Shown piece after piece: positions 8,857 through 18,541 of a stretch of 32,000 nt of DNA. The stretch is taken from the NCBI RefSeq assembly GCF_000186885.1, contig NC_014972.1, positions 330,001-362,000 on the forward strand, read 5' to 3'. Source of the stretch: Desulfobulbus propionicus DSM 2032 (GTDB lineage: Bacteria; Desulfobacterota; Desulfobulbia; Desulfobulbales; Desulfobulbaceae). The notes under the pieces were generated by a model. The model did no database searches and was not told where the DNA came from. It saw nothing but the letters and a program-made list of their open reading frames with translations. Position 1 is the stretch's first letter. Each line of letters starts with the position of its first letter. Position numbers and translations under genes: made by a program.

Positions 8857-10055
8857 AAGCAAGAGGACAAGTATCGAGGAATGGCCTGCCGGTGCGGGTA
8901 CTGGACCTACGCGGCACCTACAAAGGAGGAGGTGGCCCGGACAAGACTATTCTCAATTCCGCAGTCTTACATGATCGGCAACGGGTCGATGTTTTGGTCT
9001 GCTATTTGAGGCAGCCCCAAGACACGGAGTTTCAGATTGCCGGCCAGGCTGCCAGGCTTAAGATCCGGTACCAGGATCTGGTCGATCGGTGTTTTCTTGA
9101 CCTGCAATGCGTACGAGAACTTGAGAGGCTAATTCGACGGGAACGGATCGAGGTGGTGCACACCCATGATGATAAAACCTCCCTATACGGCTATCTGCTC
9201 AAGCGGCGCATGCCCCGTCTTGCCCTGATGCACACCTGCCACTCCCACGCCGAATACGGCAGAGAGCATTTCCTTTCTTTCCATGCCTATCTCTCCTTTC
9301 TGCTTCGGAAGAAAATCATCATCCAGTTATTGAAACGGCACGCCAAACCAGTGCTGACCATCTCCGAAAACACCAAGACTCGTTTGGTGCGGGGAGGCCT
9401 CTCCGGCCAAGATGTCGCCGTGCTCTATAATGGTATCGATACCTCCTTTTGGTCCCGACAGTCCGTTACCCCGGTTCTGCGCCGGGAGTTGGGCATCGAT
9501 GCCCCCTGTCTCCTGGTTGGAACCGTTGCGCGTATTACCTATGACAAGGATCTGCCTACTTTTTATGAGGTGGCTCGCCGGGTGCAAGAGAGGCTGCCGG
9601 CAATCCGTTTCGTGATCGTCGGTGACGGCTATGGCAATGAGTTGGCCGAGGCCCGCCAACAGGTCGATGCCCTGGGCTTGAGCGGACTGATCACCTTTAC
9701 CGGTCATCGGCAGGATCTGAAAGAAGTGTACGCCTCCTTGGATCTCTTTCTGATGACCTCGCGGACGGAAGGCTTGCCCAATACGGTACTCGAAGCCATG
9801 GCCATGAAAGTTCCTGTTGTGGCCACCAATGTGGGGGGGGTACCGGAATTGGTACAGGATCAAGTGACTGGCCTGCTCGCTGGCGCTGGGGATGTCGCCT
9901 CCTTGAGCGGGGCAGTGCTCGACCTGCTCCAGGACAGCAATAGGCGTCAGGTATACGCCGCAGCCGGCCGGCAGCGTATAATGCAATCTTTTGATTTCCT
10001 ACAAAGGGTCCGCGCGATGGAAGATTTCTATGCCCAGTTTACCTGTTGCCGTTGA
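8853..10055 (+). CDS. GT4 family glycosyltransferase
   Basis: 400 aa; RGTYKGGGGPDKTI, VVHTHDDKTSLYG, VLYNGIDTSFW, VGTVARITYDKD, FVIVGDGYGNELAEA, SRTEGLPNTVLEAMAMKVPVVATNVGGVPELV. Confidence 0.93.
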   Translation: MKARGQVSRNGLPVRVLDLRGTYKGGGGPDKTILNSAVLHDRQRVDVLVCYLRQPQDTEFQIAGQAARLKIRYQDLVDRCFLDLQCVRELERLIRRERIEVVHTHDDKTSLYGYLLKRRMPRLALMHTCHSHAEYGREHFLSFHAYLSFLLRKKIIIQLLKRHAKPVLTISENTKTRLVRGGLSGQDVAVLYNGIDTSFWSRQSVTPVLRRELGIDAPCLLVGTVARITYDKDLPTFYEVARRVQERLPAIRFVIVGDGYGNELAEARQQVDALGLSGLITFTGHRQDLKEVYASLDLFLMTSRTEGLPNTVLEAMAMKVPVVATNVGGVPELVQDQVTGLLAGAGDVASLSGAVLDLLQDSNRRQVYAAAGRQRIMQSFDFLQRVRAMEDFYAQFTCCR

Positions 10056-11040
10056 CGCGAGTGCTGGAAAAAGAGTTTGGATAAGCTGGAATAGGCAGCG
10101 GCGCAATATCGGCCTGGCCCGCTCGGTCAACGCCACACTATACATGTCGGAACTCCGGTTGCCCCGGTGCTTCCGCCTTGTGGCGGAGTGCTTCAACTCG
10201 TGGATGATTATCCTGCGCGAAAAGCCTGATATCTGTTTTGTGATGAACCCCTCCATTTTTGCAAGCTGGTGGATGGCACGATTGAAAAAAGTCTACGGAT
10301 TTGTCCTGGTTACTGACCTGCACACCGTCAATATCCGCCTTGAGGGGCTTGACGAGAAAATTTTTTTATATTTTTTCAGAAAGGGACTTCGTGGCTCAGA
10401 TGTGGTCATTGTTACCAATCCATTGTATCGTCAAGAAATCTTGCCGTTCAATCAACAGGTCGTCTGCATTCCCGATCAACTCCCCCGATTGCTGTCAGGA
10501 TCGGTGTGTGCGAAGGGACTTGTGGCCGAGGGCAAAGGACAGGTTCCCCTCCTGGTGGTCAGTTCCTTTGCCGAGGATGAGCCCCTCGATGAATTGGTTT
10601 CCCTGGACAACGAACTCTCTCCGTTTCACCTCTACATCACAGGAAACTGGAAAAAAAGATATAAAACCCCTCCAACCACACGCCATATTACTTTTCTTGG
10701 CTATGTGGCCGATGACGTCTACGATGAACTGTTGCATACCGTTGATGGCATCATTGTTCTGACCACCGTCGAGGGCTGCCTGTGTTGTGGTGCCTATGAG
10801 GCGCTTGCCGCCGAAAAACCTTTGATCTTGTCAAGCACTAGGGCCTTGCAGGATTTTTTTGAAGATGGACCGATTTACACGGAACACGAACCTGCGGCTC
10901 TGATGGCGGCGATAAAGCAACTTGGCCGGGAAAAGACGGAACGACGACAGAAGATGATTGCTTTGAAGGCAAACATTCAGCGTAAATTCGATCAGAGTGT
11001 TGCTCAGCTTGAAGAATTGCTCTGTAAATCATTTTGTTAG
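10030..11040 (+). CDS. Probable GT4-like glycosyltransferase
   Basis: Open from TTG 9991, ATG at 10030; VTDLHTVNIRLEGLDEKIFLYFFRKGLRGSDVVIVTNP...HITFLGYVADDVYDELLHTVDGIIVLTTVEGCLCCGAYEALAAEKPLILSST. The start is uncertain because of overlap with the previous gene. Confidence 0.72.
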   Translation: MPSLPVAVDASAGKRVWISWNRQRRNIGLARSVNATLYMSELRLPRCFRLVAECFNSWMIILREKPDICFVMNPSIFASWWMARLKKVYGFVLVTDLHTVNIRLEGLDEKIFLYFFRKGLRGSDVVIVTNPLYRQEILPFNQQVVCIPDQLPRLLSGSVCAKGLVAEGKGQVPLLVVSSFAEDEPLDELVSLDNELSPFHLYITGNWKKRYKTPPTTRHITFLGYVADDVYDELLHTVDGIIVLTTVEGCLCCGAYEALAAEKPLILSSTRALQDFFEDGPIYTEHEPAALMAAIKQLGREKTERRQKMIALKANIQRKFDQSVAQLEELLCKSFC

Positions 11041-11047
11041 GACATAG

Positions 11048-12184
11048 ATGCGCGCAAACAAAAAAATTCATATCCTCCATGTTGTGCTGACCCTTGATAT
11101 CGGCGGGCTGGAATCGCTAGTGATGGCGATGTCCAGGCGCATTGACAAAAAAAAATTCACTGTTTCTGTGCTCTGCCTGCAATATGTTGATTCGCAATAT
11201 AAAAATGAGATGGAGCGGGGTGGCATTCCAGTTTATTTGATAAAAAAAAAGGGGAAGTTCGATTTTTCTTTTATTGCGAAAATTAGAAAACTGCTCAAGG
11301 AACAACAAGTTGATGTCTTGCATTCCCACAGCGGCTGTTTCTTCAATGCTGCCTTGGCCTCACTTTTTACCGGCGTTGCCGGTGTGATCTACACGGCGCA
11401 TGGCATGCCAGTCGAGTATGGGATTAAGGCCTCTCTTGAAAATGCTATCGCCGCTTGCTTGACCACCAAACTGGTGGCGGTCTCGGAAGAGATTAAAATC
11501 CACCTAGAAAGCTGTTATCCATTTGCCCGGCGCAAGATCGAACTGATCATCAATGGGGTGGATACGGAGAAATTCAAACCTGTTAGCGATGAAGGCGATG
11601 CAGCCTCGATCAGGAAACAGCATGGCATCCCATTGAATGCCCTAGTGGTCGGATCTGTCGGTAGATTGGAACCGGTAAAAAACTATCAGATGCTTGTGCG
11701 ATCGTTTGCATTAGCCAATCACAATGCGCAAAAGCCGCTCCACCTCGTTTTTATCGGTGACGGCGGTGAGCAGAATACACTTGTCAATTTGAGCAGAGAA
11801 CTAGGCTTAGAGGGAAATGTGAGTTTTCTTGGCATGCAGTATAATCTCCATCTTCTGGTCCCCATGCTCGATATCTTTGTGTTGAGTTCTTTATCGGAGG
11901 GTACATCCATCTCTCTGCTTGAAAGTCAGTCGGCAGGCATTCCGGCGGTGGTCACCAATGTCGGGGGCAATAATAAGATCATCGAGGATGGGTATAATGG
12001 CTTTCTTTGTGAAGTGAATGACATCAACGCCATGGCCAGTGAAATCGAGCTCATGGCAAAGGATGATATGCTGCGCCACCGCATGGGCCGCAGCAGCCGC
12101 CATGTGGTGGAGGAAAAGTTCAGTCTGAAACATATGATGGGTTTGTATGAAGAACACTATGTTGCTTTACACCAGTCTCACTGA
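11048..12184 (+). CDS. GT4 family glycosyltransferase
   Basis: HVVLTLDIGGLESLVMAMSR...VDVLHSHSGCFFNAALA...IYTAHGMP...LIINGVDTEKFKPV...VGSVGRLEPVKNYQMLVRSFA...SSLSEGTSISLLESQSAGIPAVVTNVGGNNKIIEDGYNGF. Confidence 0.93.
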   Translation: MRANKKIHILHVVLTLDIGGLESLVMAMSRRIDKKKFTVSVLCLQYVDSQYKNEMERGGIPVYLIKKKGKFDFSFIAKIRKLLKEQQVDVLHSHSGCFFNAALASLFTGVAGVIYTAHGMPVEYGIKASLENAIAACLTTKLVAVSEEIKIHLESCYPFARRKIELIINGVDTEKFKPVSDEGDAASIRKQHGIPLNALVVGSVGRLEPVKNYQMLVRSFALANHNAQKPLHLVFIGDGGEQNTLVNLSRELGLEGNVSFLGMQYNLHLLVPMLDIFVLSSLSEGTSISLLESQSAGIPAVVTNVGGNNKIIEDGYNGFLCEVNDINAMASEIELMAKDDMLRHRMGRSSRHVVEEKFSLKHMMGLYEEHYVALHQSH

Positions 12185-12222
12185 CAAATAGACCGGCGAG
12201 CAAGGACAATCAGCTCTAAACC

Positions 12223-13305
12223 ATGCTGCGAATCGAAACAATTACCAATATAGAAGATTTTGGCCGTATCCGTGAGATGTGGAATGAATTTATTCGACAC
12301 TATTTTCCCTGGGCCTACTTTTTCGATCATGATTGGCTGGTCAAGTGGATCCGGGCCTATCTTCAGGAACCACGTATTTTCGTTTTTCTGGTCTACGATG
12401 GGCAGACCCTGATTGGAGCTGTGCCCCTGTATATCGGTAAAGAGAATTTCAGCGGTTTTCCAATCTCCCGTCTCGCCCTGCTTGGCATGGGATACGGCGT
12501 TGAAGACCTGCCCATCGCTGGTCGGCACCAGGAAGTACTGGACCTGCTGTTCGCCACGATCAACAAAACATTCCGCTGGCATCTTGCCAATTTTTCCCGT
12601 TTTACTCCTGAATTCGCAAACTCCATTGCCGGGATTGCGCACAATCGAAATATCCACATCGAGGAACGGGATATTGTTAATCCGGTCGTTCGCATCGAAG
12701 GGACCTATGCAGACTACTTTTCCGGGCGTTCCAAAAATTTTCGGGCAAATGTCCGTAAAAAAACCAACCGAATCAATTCCTGGGGCAAAATGACCGTGGT
12801 GCACAACGACACTTCGGATCTCGCCGCCCTGATCGGCAAGGTCGAGGCGATAGGCAAGGAGAGTTGGCAGGGGGAAAAAGGGGTGAATCTGGCTGCCAGC
12901 GAACAAGGCCGCCGCTTCCTCCATGACATGGTGGTCAATTTCCATGCGCGCGGCATTCTCGACATCTCCTTTATCGAGCTTAACGGCATTCCCATCGCCT
13001 ATCTGTTGGGAGCCGTGCTGGACAAAACCTGTTTTGCCATTGAGACCGCCTACCTGACGAAATACTTCGATGCCTCGCCCGGCATGCTTCTCCATCTCTA
13101 TGTTCTGGAGCGACTTTTTGACGAGAAAAAGGTCAATCTGATCGATTTCGGGTATGACGCAGCGTACAAAAGAAAATGGACCGATGATAACCGTCCGGAA
13201 AAACAGCTCATTCTCTATAACAATGCTCTCTATCCAAAACTTATCAGAGCAGTGCGCAACAGTTCTCTCTATGAAAAACTTCAGAACCTGAAAAAAGACA
13301 GATGA
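12223..13305 (+). CDS. GNAT family acyltransferase, FemAB-like/CelD-BcsL type
   Basis: 360 aa; FRANVRKKTNRINSWGKM...KESWQGEKGVNL...FIELNGIPIAYLLGAVLDKTCFAIETAYLTKYFDASPGMLLHLYVLERLFDEKKVNLIDFGYDAAYKRKWTD. Confidence 0.82.
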   Translation: MLRIETITNIEDFGRIREMWNEFIRHYFPWAYFFDHDWLVKWIRAYLQEPRIFVFLVYDGQTLIGAVPLYIGKENFSGFPISRLALLGMGYGVEDLPIAGRHQEVLDLLFATINKTFRWHLANFSRFTPEFANSIAGIAHNRNIHIEERDIVNPVVRIEGTYADYFSGRSKNFRANVRKKTNRINSWGKMTVVHNDTSDLAALIGKVEAIGKESWQGEKGVNLAASEQGRRFLHDMVVNFHARGILDISFIELNGIPIAYLLGAVLDKTCFAIETAYLTKYFDASPGMLLHLYVLERLFDEKKVNLIDFGYDAAYKRKWTDDNRPEKQLILYNNALYPKLIRAVRNSSLYEKLQNLKKDR

Positions 13306-13973
13306 CCACCCTGCTCTGCACCGACCTCGACGGTCCGATCATCAACTGTGAAGAACGCTATCATCGCGTGTATTGTGACTGTGTCCGAGAGTTCGGCGGC
13401 AACGCCTTGGAGCAACCCAAATATTGGAGTCTGAAACGGCAGCGGGTCAAGGAGGCGGATATTCTTCGTCTCAGCGGGGTGGATGAGAGTGGTCTTGAGC
13501 CGTGTAATGCCCTGCGAATTGCCCGGATCGAACAAAATGAATACCTTGCTGTCGATACCCTGCAAGAGGATATTTTTGCCATCCTTGCCGGTCTGCGCCC
13601 CTTCTTTTCCGGTTTGTTCTGCATCACCCTGCGAAGAAACGAAACCGCCTTACGAGAACAGCTCCGCAGCCTGGGGATTGACAGATGTTTTGATGCCGTG
13701 TTGACTGGCTACAACGAAACCGAGCCAGGATGGAAGATCAAGGCCGATCTTCTCCGTCGTCACATCGGCATGACGGCAAGAATCGACGGCGGCTGGTTTG
13801 TCGGGGATACGGAAACTGATCTGCTGGCCGGTCGTGCATTGGGGCTGCAGACCGCGGCGATGATCAATGGTATCCGGACAGAAGAGTACCTCCGGAGCCG
13901 CACACCTGATCTTGTCGTCGCATCCTTGCAAGAATTCGCCGAGCATGTGCGAGCGGGAGCGACCTACCTATGA
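13302..13973 (+). CDS. HAD family hydrolase
   Basis: Motif I LLCTDLDGPIINCEERY, motif III region GWKIKADLLRRH, motif IV WFVGDTETDLLAGRALGLQTAAM; ATGA overlap with the previous gene. Confidence 0.82.
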   Translation: MTTLLCTDLDGPIINCEERYHRVYCDCVREFGGNALEQPKYWSLKRQRVKEADILRLSGVDESGLEPCNALRIARIEQNEYLAVDTLQEDIFAILAGLRPFFSGLFCITLRRNETALREQLRSLGIDRCFDAVLTGYNETEPGWKIKADLLRRHIGMTARIDGGWFVGDTETDLLAGRALGLQTAAMINGIRTEEYLRSRTPDLVVASLQEFAEHVRAGATYL

Positions 13974-15100
13974 ACATCAAATTCGTTAACTTGCGGCGGC
14001 AATATCTTAGCCTGAAAGACGAAATCGATGGGGCTTTACGCAGGGTCATCGAGAACAGCGCCTTTATCGGGGGCGAGGAGGTCAGCCGGTTCGAGGAAAA
14101 TTTCGCGGCTGCCTGCGGTACACGATTCTGTGTCGGGGTAGGAAACGGCACAGATGCCCTCTTCATTGCTCTCAAGGCCATGGGCGTCGGGCAGGGCGAT
14201 GAAGTGGCCACTGTGGCCAATTCCTATTTCGCCACTTCGGAAGCGATTGTCATGGCCGGAGCACGGCCCGTTTTTGTCGACTGTGATCCGGTCACCTTTA
14301 CCATGGATGTGCAAAAACTTGCCGCATGCCTGAAAGAACGCATTGAGGTGAAAAAGAAAAGGGTCAAGGCTATATTGCCGGTCCACCTTTATGGCCGAAT
14401 GGCTGCAATGGACCCGATCCTGGATCTTGCCCGGCATTATGGCTTGCGCGTGATTGAAGATTGCGCTCAAGCCCATTTGGCCGAATATCGTGGGAAAAAA
14501 GCAGGAAGCCTTGGCGATGCCGGCTGTTTCAGCTTCTACCCCAGTAAAAACCTCGGGGCCTTCGGCGATGCCGGCGCGATAACAACCAACGACCCCGTTC
14601 TGGCGGCGGATATGCGCATGTTCGCCAACCATGGCCAGGCCTCGCGTTACGATCACAGGATGGCCGGAATCAACAGCAGGCTGGATGGATTGCAGGCAGC
14701 GGTGCTTAACGTCAAGCTGCCCTTTTTGCTCCAATGGAGCAAATCCCGGCGCACGCAGGCCATGCTTTATCATCGTCTGTTGGGCGATATTGATGGCCTG
14801 TTGCTGCCGGACATTCCTTCGGACGGCTCTCATGTGATGCATCTCTATGTCGTTCGGGTACAGCATCGTGAACAGGTTATGGCTCGGCTTGCCGAGGAGG
14901 GTATTCCCACTGTTGTCCATTATCCGACCGCATTGCCGAATCTTCCTGCCCATGCCGATCTCGGATATACACCGGACGATTTCCCGGTTGCCTCTCTTCT
15001 GGCACGAGAAGTATTGAGCCTGCCCATGTATCCGGAATTGAAAGAACTTGAAATCGTTGCCGTTTGTGACGCTCTTCGCTTCATTTACAATGAAGGATAG
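13970..15100 (+). CDS. DegT/DnrJ/EryC1/StrS family PLP-dependent sugar aminotransferase
   Basis: 376 aa; GVGNGTDALFIALKAMGVGQGDEVATVANSYFATSEAI, VLPVHLYGRMAAMDPI, VIEDCAQAHLAEY, CFSFYPSKNLGAFGDAGAI (PLP Lys). Confidence 0.95.
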   Translation: MNIKFVNLRRQYLSLKDEIDGALRRVIENSAFIGGEEVSRFEENFAAACGTRFCVGVGNGTDALFIALKAMGVGQGDEVATVANSYFATSEAIVMAGARPVFVDCDPVTFTMDVQKLAACLKERIEVKKKRVKAILPVHLYGRMAAMDPILDLARHYGLRVIEDCAQAHLAEYRGKKAGSLGDAGCFSFYPSKNLGAFGDAGAITTNDPVLAADMRMFANHGQASRYDHRMAGINSRLDGLQAAVLNVKLPFLLQWSKSRRTQAMLYHRLLGDIDGLLLPDIPSDGSHVMHLYVVRVQHREQVMARLAEEGIPTVVHYPTALPNLPAHADLGYTPDDFPVASLLAREVLSLPMYPELKELEIVAVCDALRFIYNEG

Positions 15101-15182
15101 CGAACAATTCTTGACCGGATGAAAAAATCAAAACGGTTTTCGGAAGCGAAGCCGGACATTTGCCGGCCGCATGGAGAGAGGA

Positions 15183-16157
15183 ATGAATGTTGATAATCTG
15201 ATATCTGTGGTGGCGGTAGTCAGGAATCATGCCGACATAATCAAGGAATTTATTGACGACTTGACCGAAACTTTAAGCCGGTTCTACTCCAATTACGAAA
15301 TCGTGCTGGTCGATAACGGCTCCACTGATTCCACGGTAGAAAAGATCCAGGGGCTGCAGAAAGAGGTGCGTAATGTTCGACTGATCGTTCTTTCCCGCCA
15401 GTACAGTGAGGAAATTACATACATTGCAGCGCTGGAAAATTGTATTGGGGATTTCGTGACCCTGATTGATCCCTGTTTCGATCCTCCACAACAGATTCCC
15501 CAGATGATCGCCAAGTCGCAATCCGGCTACGATGTGGTCATTGCCGAAAGTAAAGGTGATGCGGATAAAGGTATTATCGATCGAGTGGGGTCGAAGATTT
15601 TTTTCATGATAAGCAAATATCTGACTGGTTACGATGTCTCCCCAAGTTTCTCAAAGTTCATTGTGCTCAGTCGCCGGGCAGTCAATTCCATCACTCGAAT
15701 CAAAGACCGTAACCGCTATCTCAAGTTTTTACTGTTGGAAATAGGCTTCAAGCGGATTTCGATTCCCAGCTCATCGATCAACCGCCGATATTATAGACCC
15801 AACCAGAATTATTTCAGTGCGTTTGCCTTTGCCATCGAGGCGATCGTCTCCAATTCAGAAAAACTGATCAGGCTGGCTGCACTCACCGGTTTTTTTGCCG
15901 GCCTGCTCAATCTTTGCTATGTCCTCTACGTGCTGGTCGGCTATCTCCTCTATCATAATCAGATCGCCGCAGGGTGGACATCGACGCAGGTGGTCGGTTC
16001 CACGATGTGGTTTCTTCTCTTTTTGATCCTGGCGATTATAGGAGAATATCTGGCGAGAGTATTGCGGGCTACTCGAGGAGGTGATCTCTATTACATCGCC
16101 GACGAGTCGAACAGTTCGGTCTGTCCCTCTGATATCGAGAGAAAAAATGTCATCTGA
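15183..16157 (+). CDS. GT2 glycosyltransferase, GtrB/dolichol-phosphate-mannose-synthase-like with C-terminal TM helices
   Basis: ISVVAVVRNHADIIKEFI...YEIVLVDNGSTDSTVEKI...FVTLIDPCFDPPQQI, with two C-terminal hydrophobic segments. ATG 15183 is preceded by a GAGAGAGG-like RBS; the upstream ATG 15171 is also possible. Confidence 0.88.
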   Translation: MNVDNLISVVAVVRNHADIIKEFIDDLTETLSRFYSNYEIVLVDNGSTDSTVEKIQGLQKEVRNVRLIVLSRQYSEEITYIAALENCIGDFVTLIDPCFDPPQQIPQMIAKSQSGYDVVIAESKGDADKGIIDRVGSKIFFMISKYLTGYDVSPSFSKFIVLSRRAVNSITRIKDRNRYLKFLLLEIGFKRISIPSSSINRRYYRPNQNYFSAFAFAIEAIVSNSEKLIRLAALTGFFAGLLNLCYVLYVLVGYLLYHNQIAAGWTSTQVVGSTMWFLLFLILAIIGEYLARVLRATRGGDLYYIADESNSSVCPSDIERKNVI

Positions 16158-17352
16158 ATCGGGGACAGAAAGCCGCTTTGACGCAATAATCATCGGTGGC
16201 GGATTCTACGGCTGTTGTATTGCCTTGGTCCTCCGAAATTTCTGCGACAGGATTCTTCTTGTCGACAAAGAAAAAGACCTGCTGCTGCGAGCCTCGGCAA
16301 TCAACCAGGCCAGGGTGCACACCGGCTATCACTATCCCCGGAGTTTGGTAACGGCAATCAGGTCATTTGTCAACTTCCCTCGTTTTCTCCTTGATTTCAA
16401 AGGATGCATTTATGATGAATTCGTGAAGCTGTACGCCATTGCGCGACGGGGATCAAAGGTAAACGCCTTTCAGTTTCATGAAACGTTTAAAAGAATCGGT
16501 GCCCCCATAGAGATCGCTCCGGTGCGATATACAAAATTGTTCAACGCCGATACGATCGAAGAGGTTTTCCTGGTTCGGGAAGTGGCATTTGATGCCGCCA
16601 AGTTACGGGAGATTCTTCGCGAACGATTGGACAGGGCTGGGATCGAACTCAGCATGGAGACAGAGGTCCACAAAGTGGCTGGAAACCAAGAGGGCTTCGT
16701 CGATATCCTGCTCTCCAATGGTCTGCGGTTCACGGCTGGCAAGGTCTTTAACTGCACATACTCCCGGATCAATACACTGTTGAAAAATTCAGGCCTCCCT
16801 CTGTTGTCCCTGAAACACGAATTGACAGAAATGCCGCTGGTGGAGATGCCAGAGGAACTGAAAAATGTGGGCATCACCGTCATGGATGGGCCTTTTTTTT
16901 CCTTGATGCCCTACCCTTCGCTGAACCTGCATTCCTTTCCCCACGTACGCTATACGCCCCATTACGAGTGGCGCGACATGGAACAATGCATTGATGGTCA
17001 TCAATTATTACGTACGGCTGACCTGAAAACCCATTTTCCCTTCATGGTCAAGGATGCGGCCCGCTATATGCCGCTGATCGGCGAAGTCAGGTATAAAAAG
17101 TCCCTTTTTGAGGTGAAAACCGTCCTTGTTCAAAACGAAATTGATGATGGGCGACCAATTCTGTTCCGCAGGGATCATGGTCTGAAAAATTTTTCAACCG
17201 TCATGGGCGGAAAAATTGACAACATTTACGATGTTCTTGAAATGATAGGTGAAATCAAGGAGTACGCCGGATATTCTCCTAAGGGTTTGCTGCGCTATCT
17301 GAAAAATGATGGCCTCGTAAAAAGTCAGAAATCCGGAAATCACGTATCGTGA
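16147..17352 (+). CDS. FAD-dependent oxidoreductase (DAO-like)
   Basis: Rossmann motif DAIIIGGGFYGCCIALVLRNFCDRILLVDKEKDLLLRASAINQARVHTGYHYPRS; ATG 16147 overlaps the end of the previous gene. Confidence 0.87.
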   Translation: MSSESGTESRFDAIIIGGGFYGCCIALVLRNFCDRILLVDKEKDLLLRASAINQARVHTGYHYPRSLVTAIRSFVNFPRFLLDFKGCIYDEFVKLYAIARRGSKVNAFQFHETFKRIGAPIEIAPVRYTKLFNADTIEEVFLVREVAFDAAKLREILRERLDRAGIELSMETEVHKVAGNQEGFVDILLSNGLRFTAGKVFNCTYSRINTLLKNSGLPLLSLKHELTEMPLVEMPEELKNVGITVMDGPFFSLMPYPSLNLHSFPHVRYTPHYEWRDMEQCIDGHQLLRTADLKTHFPFMVKDAARYMPLIGEVRYKKSLFEVKTVLVQNEIDDGRPILFRRDHGLKNFSTVMGGKIDNIYDVLEMIGEIKEYAGYSPKGLLRYLKNDGLVKSQKSGNHVS

Positions 17353-17443
17353 AACCAGCGCGTTACGAAGCTCGAAACGTCGTTGTTGCAGTCTTTGGCG
17401 AGAACGACAACCTCGACAACCAGAACCGACAGGAAAGACTCCA

Positions 17444-18541
17444 ATGAAAAAAATATTACTGACCAGTGCCGGCGGTTCTGCGGCCTTGGGTTTCATGCGC
17501 TCCCTTCGCAAGGCTGCATCCGATTACTTTTTTATTGGTTGTGACGCAGATAAATATTATCTCGAACGTTCCGAGGCTGACGAGAAGCATCTGATCCCCC
17601 TGGCCTCCAGCCCTCACTATCGGAATATTCTTCTCGAAATCATCGAGGAAGCGAAACCCGATATGATCCACACCCAAACCGATGTGGAGGTTCACCGTCT
17701 TTCGGCCATGCGAGACGACTTTGACCGTCTCGGAATAAAGTATTTTCTGCCGGATCATGAAACCATCGAAATCTGTCTGAGTAAATTTCGCTCCTATGAA
17801 AAATGGCTGCAGGCAGGACTGACCGTACCGGCTACCCATTACCTGCATACACCGGACGACCTGCGACGAGCCTTTGACCAATATGGATCCCCGGTGTGGA
17901 TCAGGGAAGACAAGGGAGCTTTTGGCAAGGGCTCTTTGCCGGCTGAAAGTTTCGAGGAAGCAAAGTTGTGGATCGACGTTCGTAAGGGTTGGGGGAGTTT
18001 TACCGCCGCCGAGATGCTCGACCCCACGTCAATGGTCACTTGGCAGTCGATCTGGCACAAAGGGGTGCTGGTCGTCGCCCAGACGCGCAAACGGCTTTAC
18101 TGGGAGTTCGGCAACAGGGCACCATCCGGCGTCACCGGACTTACCGGTGCCGGGGTGACCATTTCCGACCCCAATGTCGATCGCATCGCCCAGCAGACAA
18201 TTCTAGCTGTCGATCCTTCTCCCCACGGCATTTTCAGTGTCGATATGACCTACAACAGAGTTGGAGTGCCCAATCCCACAGAAATCAACATCGGCCGTTT
18301 TTTCACCACTCATCATTTCTTCAGCGAGGCGGGCTTAAACATGCCGCACATCTTCACCTCCATAGCCCTGGGGGGGAGCGCGCCATTTTTTGAAAAGAAA
18401 ATCAATCCATTGCCCGAAAACTTGGTATGGATACGCGGCCTGGACTTTCTGCCCAAGCTTTCCACCCTCGAGGAAGTGGAAAAACACGAGGAACGCCTGC
18501 AACGCCGTCTGAACCGCATCGGCAACACGAAAACACCATGA
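17444..18541 (+). CDS. ATP-grasp domain protein (carbamoyl-phosphate-synthase-large-subunit-like)
   Basis: MKKILLTSAGGSAALGFMRSLRKA...YFLPDHETIEICLSKFRSYEKWLQAGLTVP...VWIREDKGAFGKGSLPAESFEEAKLW...FSVDMTYNRVGVPNPTEINIGRF. Confidence 0.83.
   Translation: MKKILLTSAGGSAALGFMRSLRKAASDYFFIGCDADKYYLERSEADEKHLIPLASSPHYRNILLEIIEEAKPDMIHTQTDVEVHRLSAMRDDFDRLGIKYFLPDHETIEICLSKFRSYEKWLQAGLTVPATHYLHTPDDLRRAFDQYGSPVWIREDKGAFGKGSLPAESFEEAKLWIDVRKGWGSFTAAEMLDPTSMVTWQSIWHKGVLVVAQTRKRLYWEFGNRAPSGVTGLTGAGVTISDPNVDRIAQQTILAVDPSPHGIFSVDMTYNRVGVPNPTEINIGRFFTTHHFFSEAGLNMPHIFTSIALGGSAPFFEKKINPLPENLVWIRGLDFLPKLSTLEEVEKHEERLQRRLNRIGNTKTP

Noticed and set aside
9327-9986. 219-aa minus-strand ORF
   Set aside because: Shadow of the GT4 gene 8853-10055; no coherent domain.
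12178-13095. 305-aa minus-strand ORF
   Set aside because: Antisense to the GNAT-family gene, which has clear conserved motifs; no family features of its own.
14036-14953. 305-aa minus-strand ORF
   Set aside because: Antisense shadow of the DegT aminotransferase, produced by codon bias of the + strand gene.
17353-17443. Imperfect inverted CGTTGTT / AACGACAACC sequences before the ATP-grasp gene
   Set aside because: Partial complementarity only, expected by chance in a short spacer; no structure I can support.
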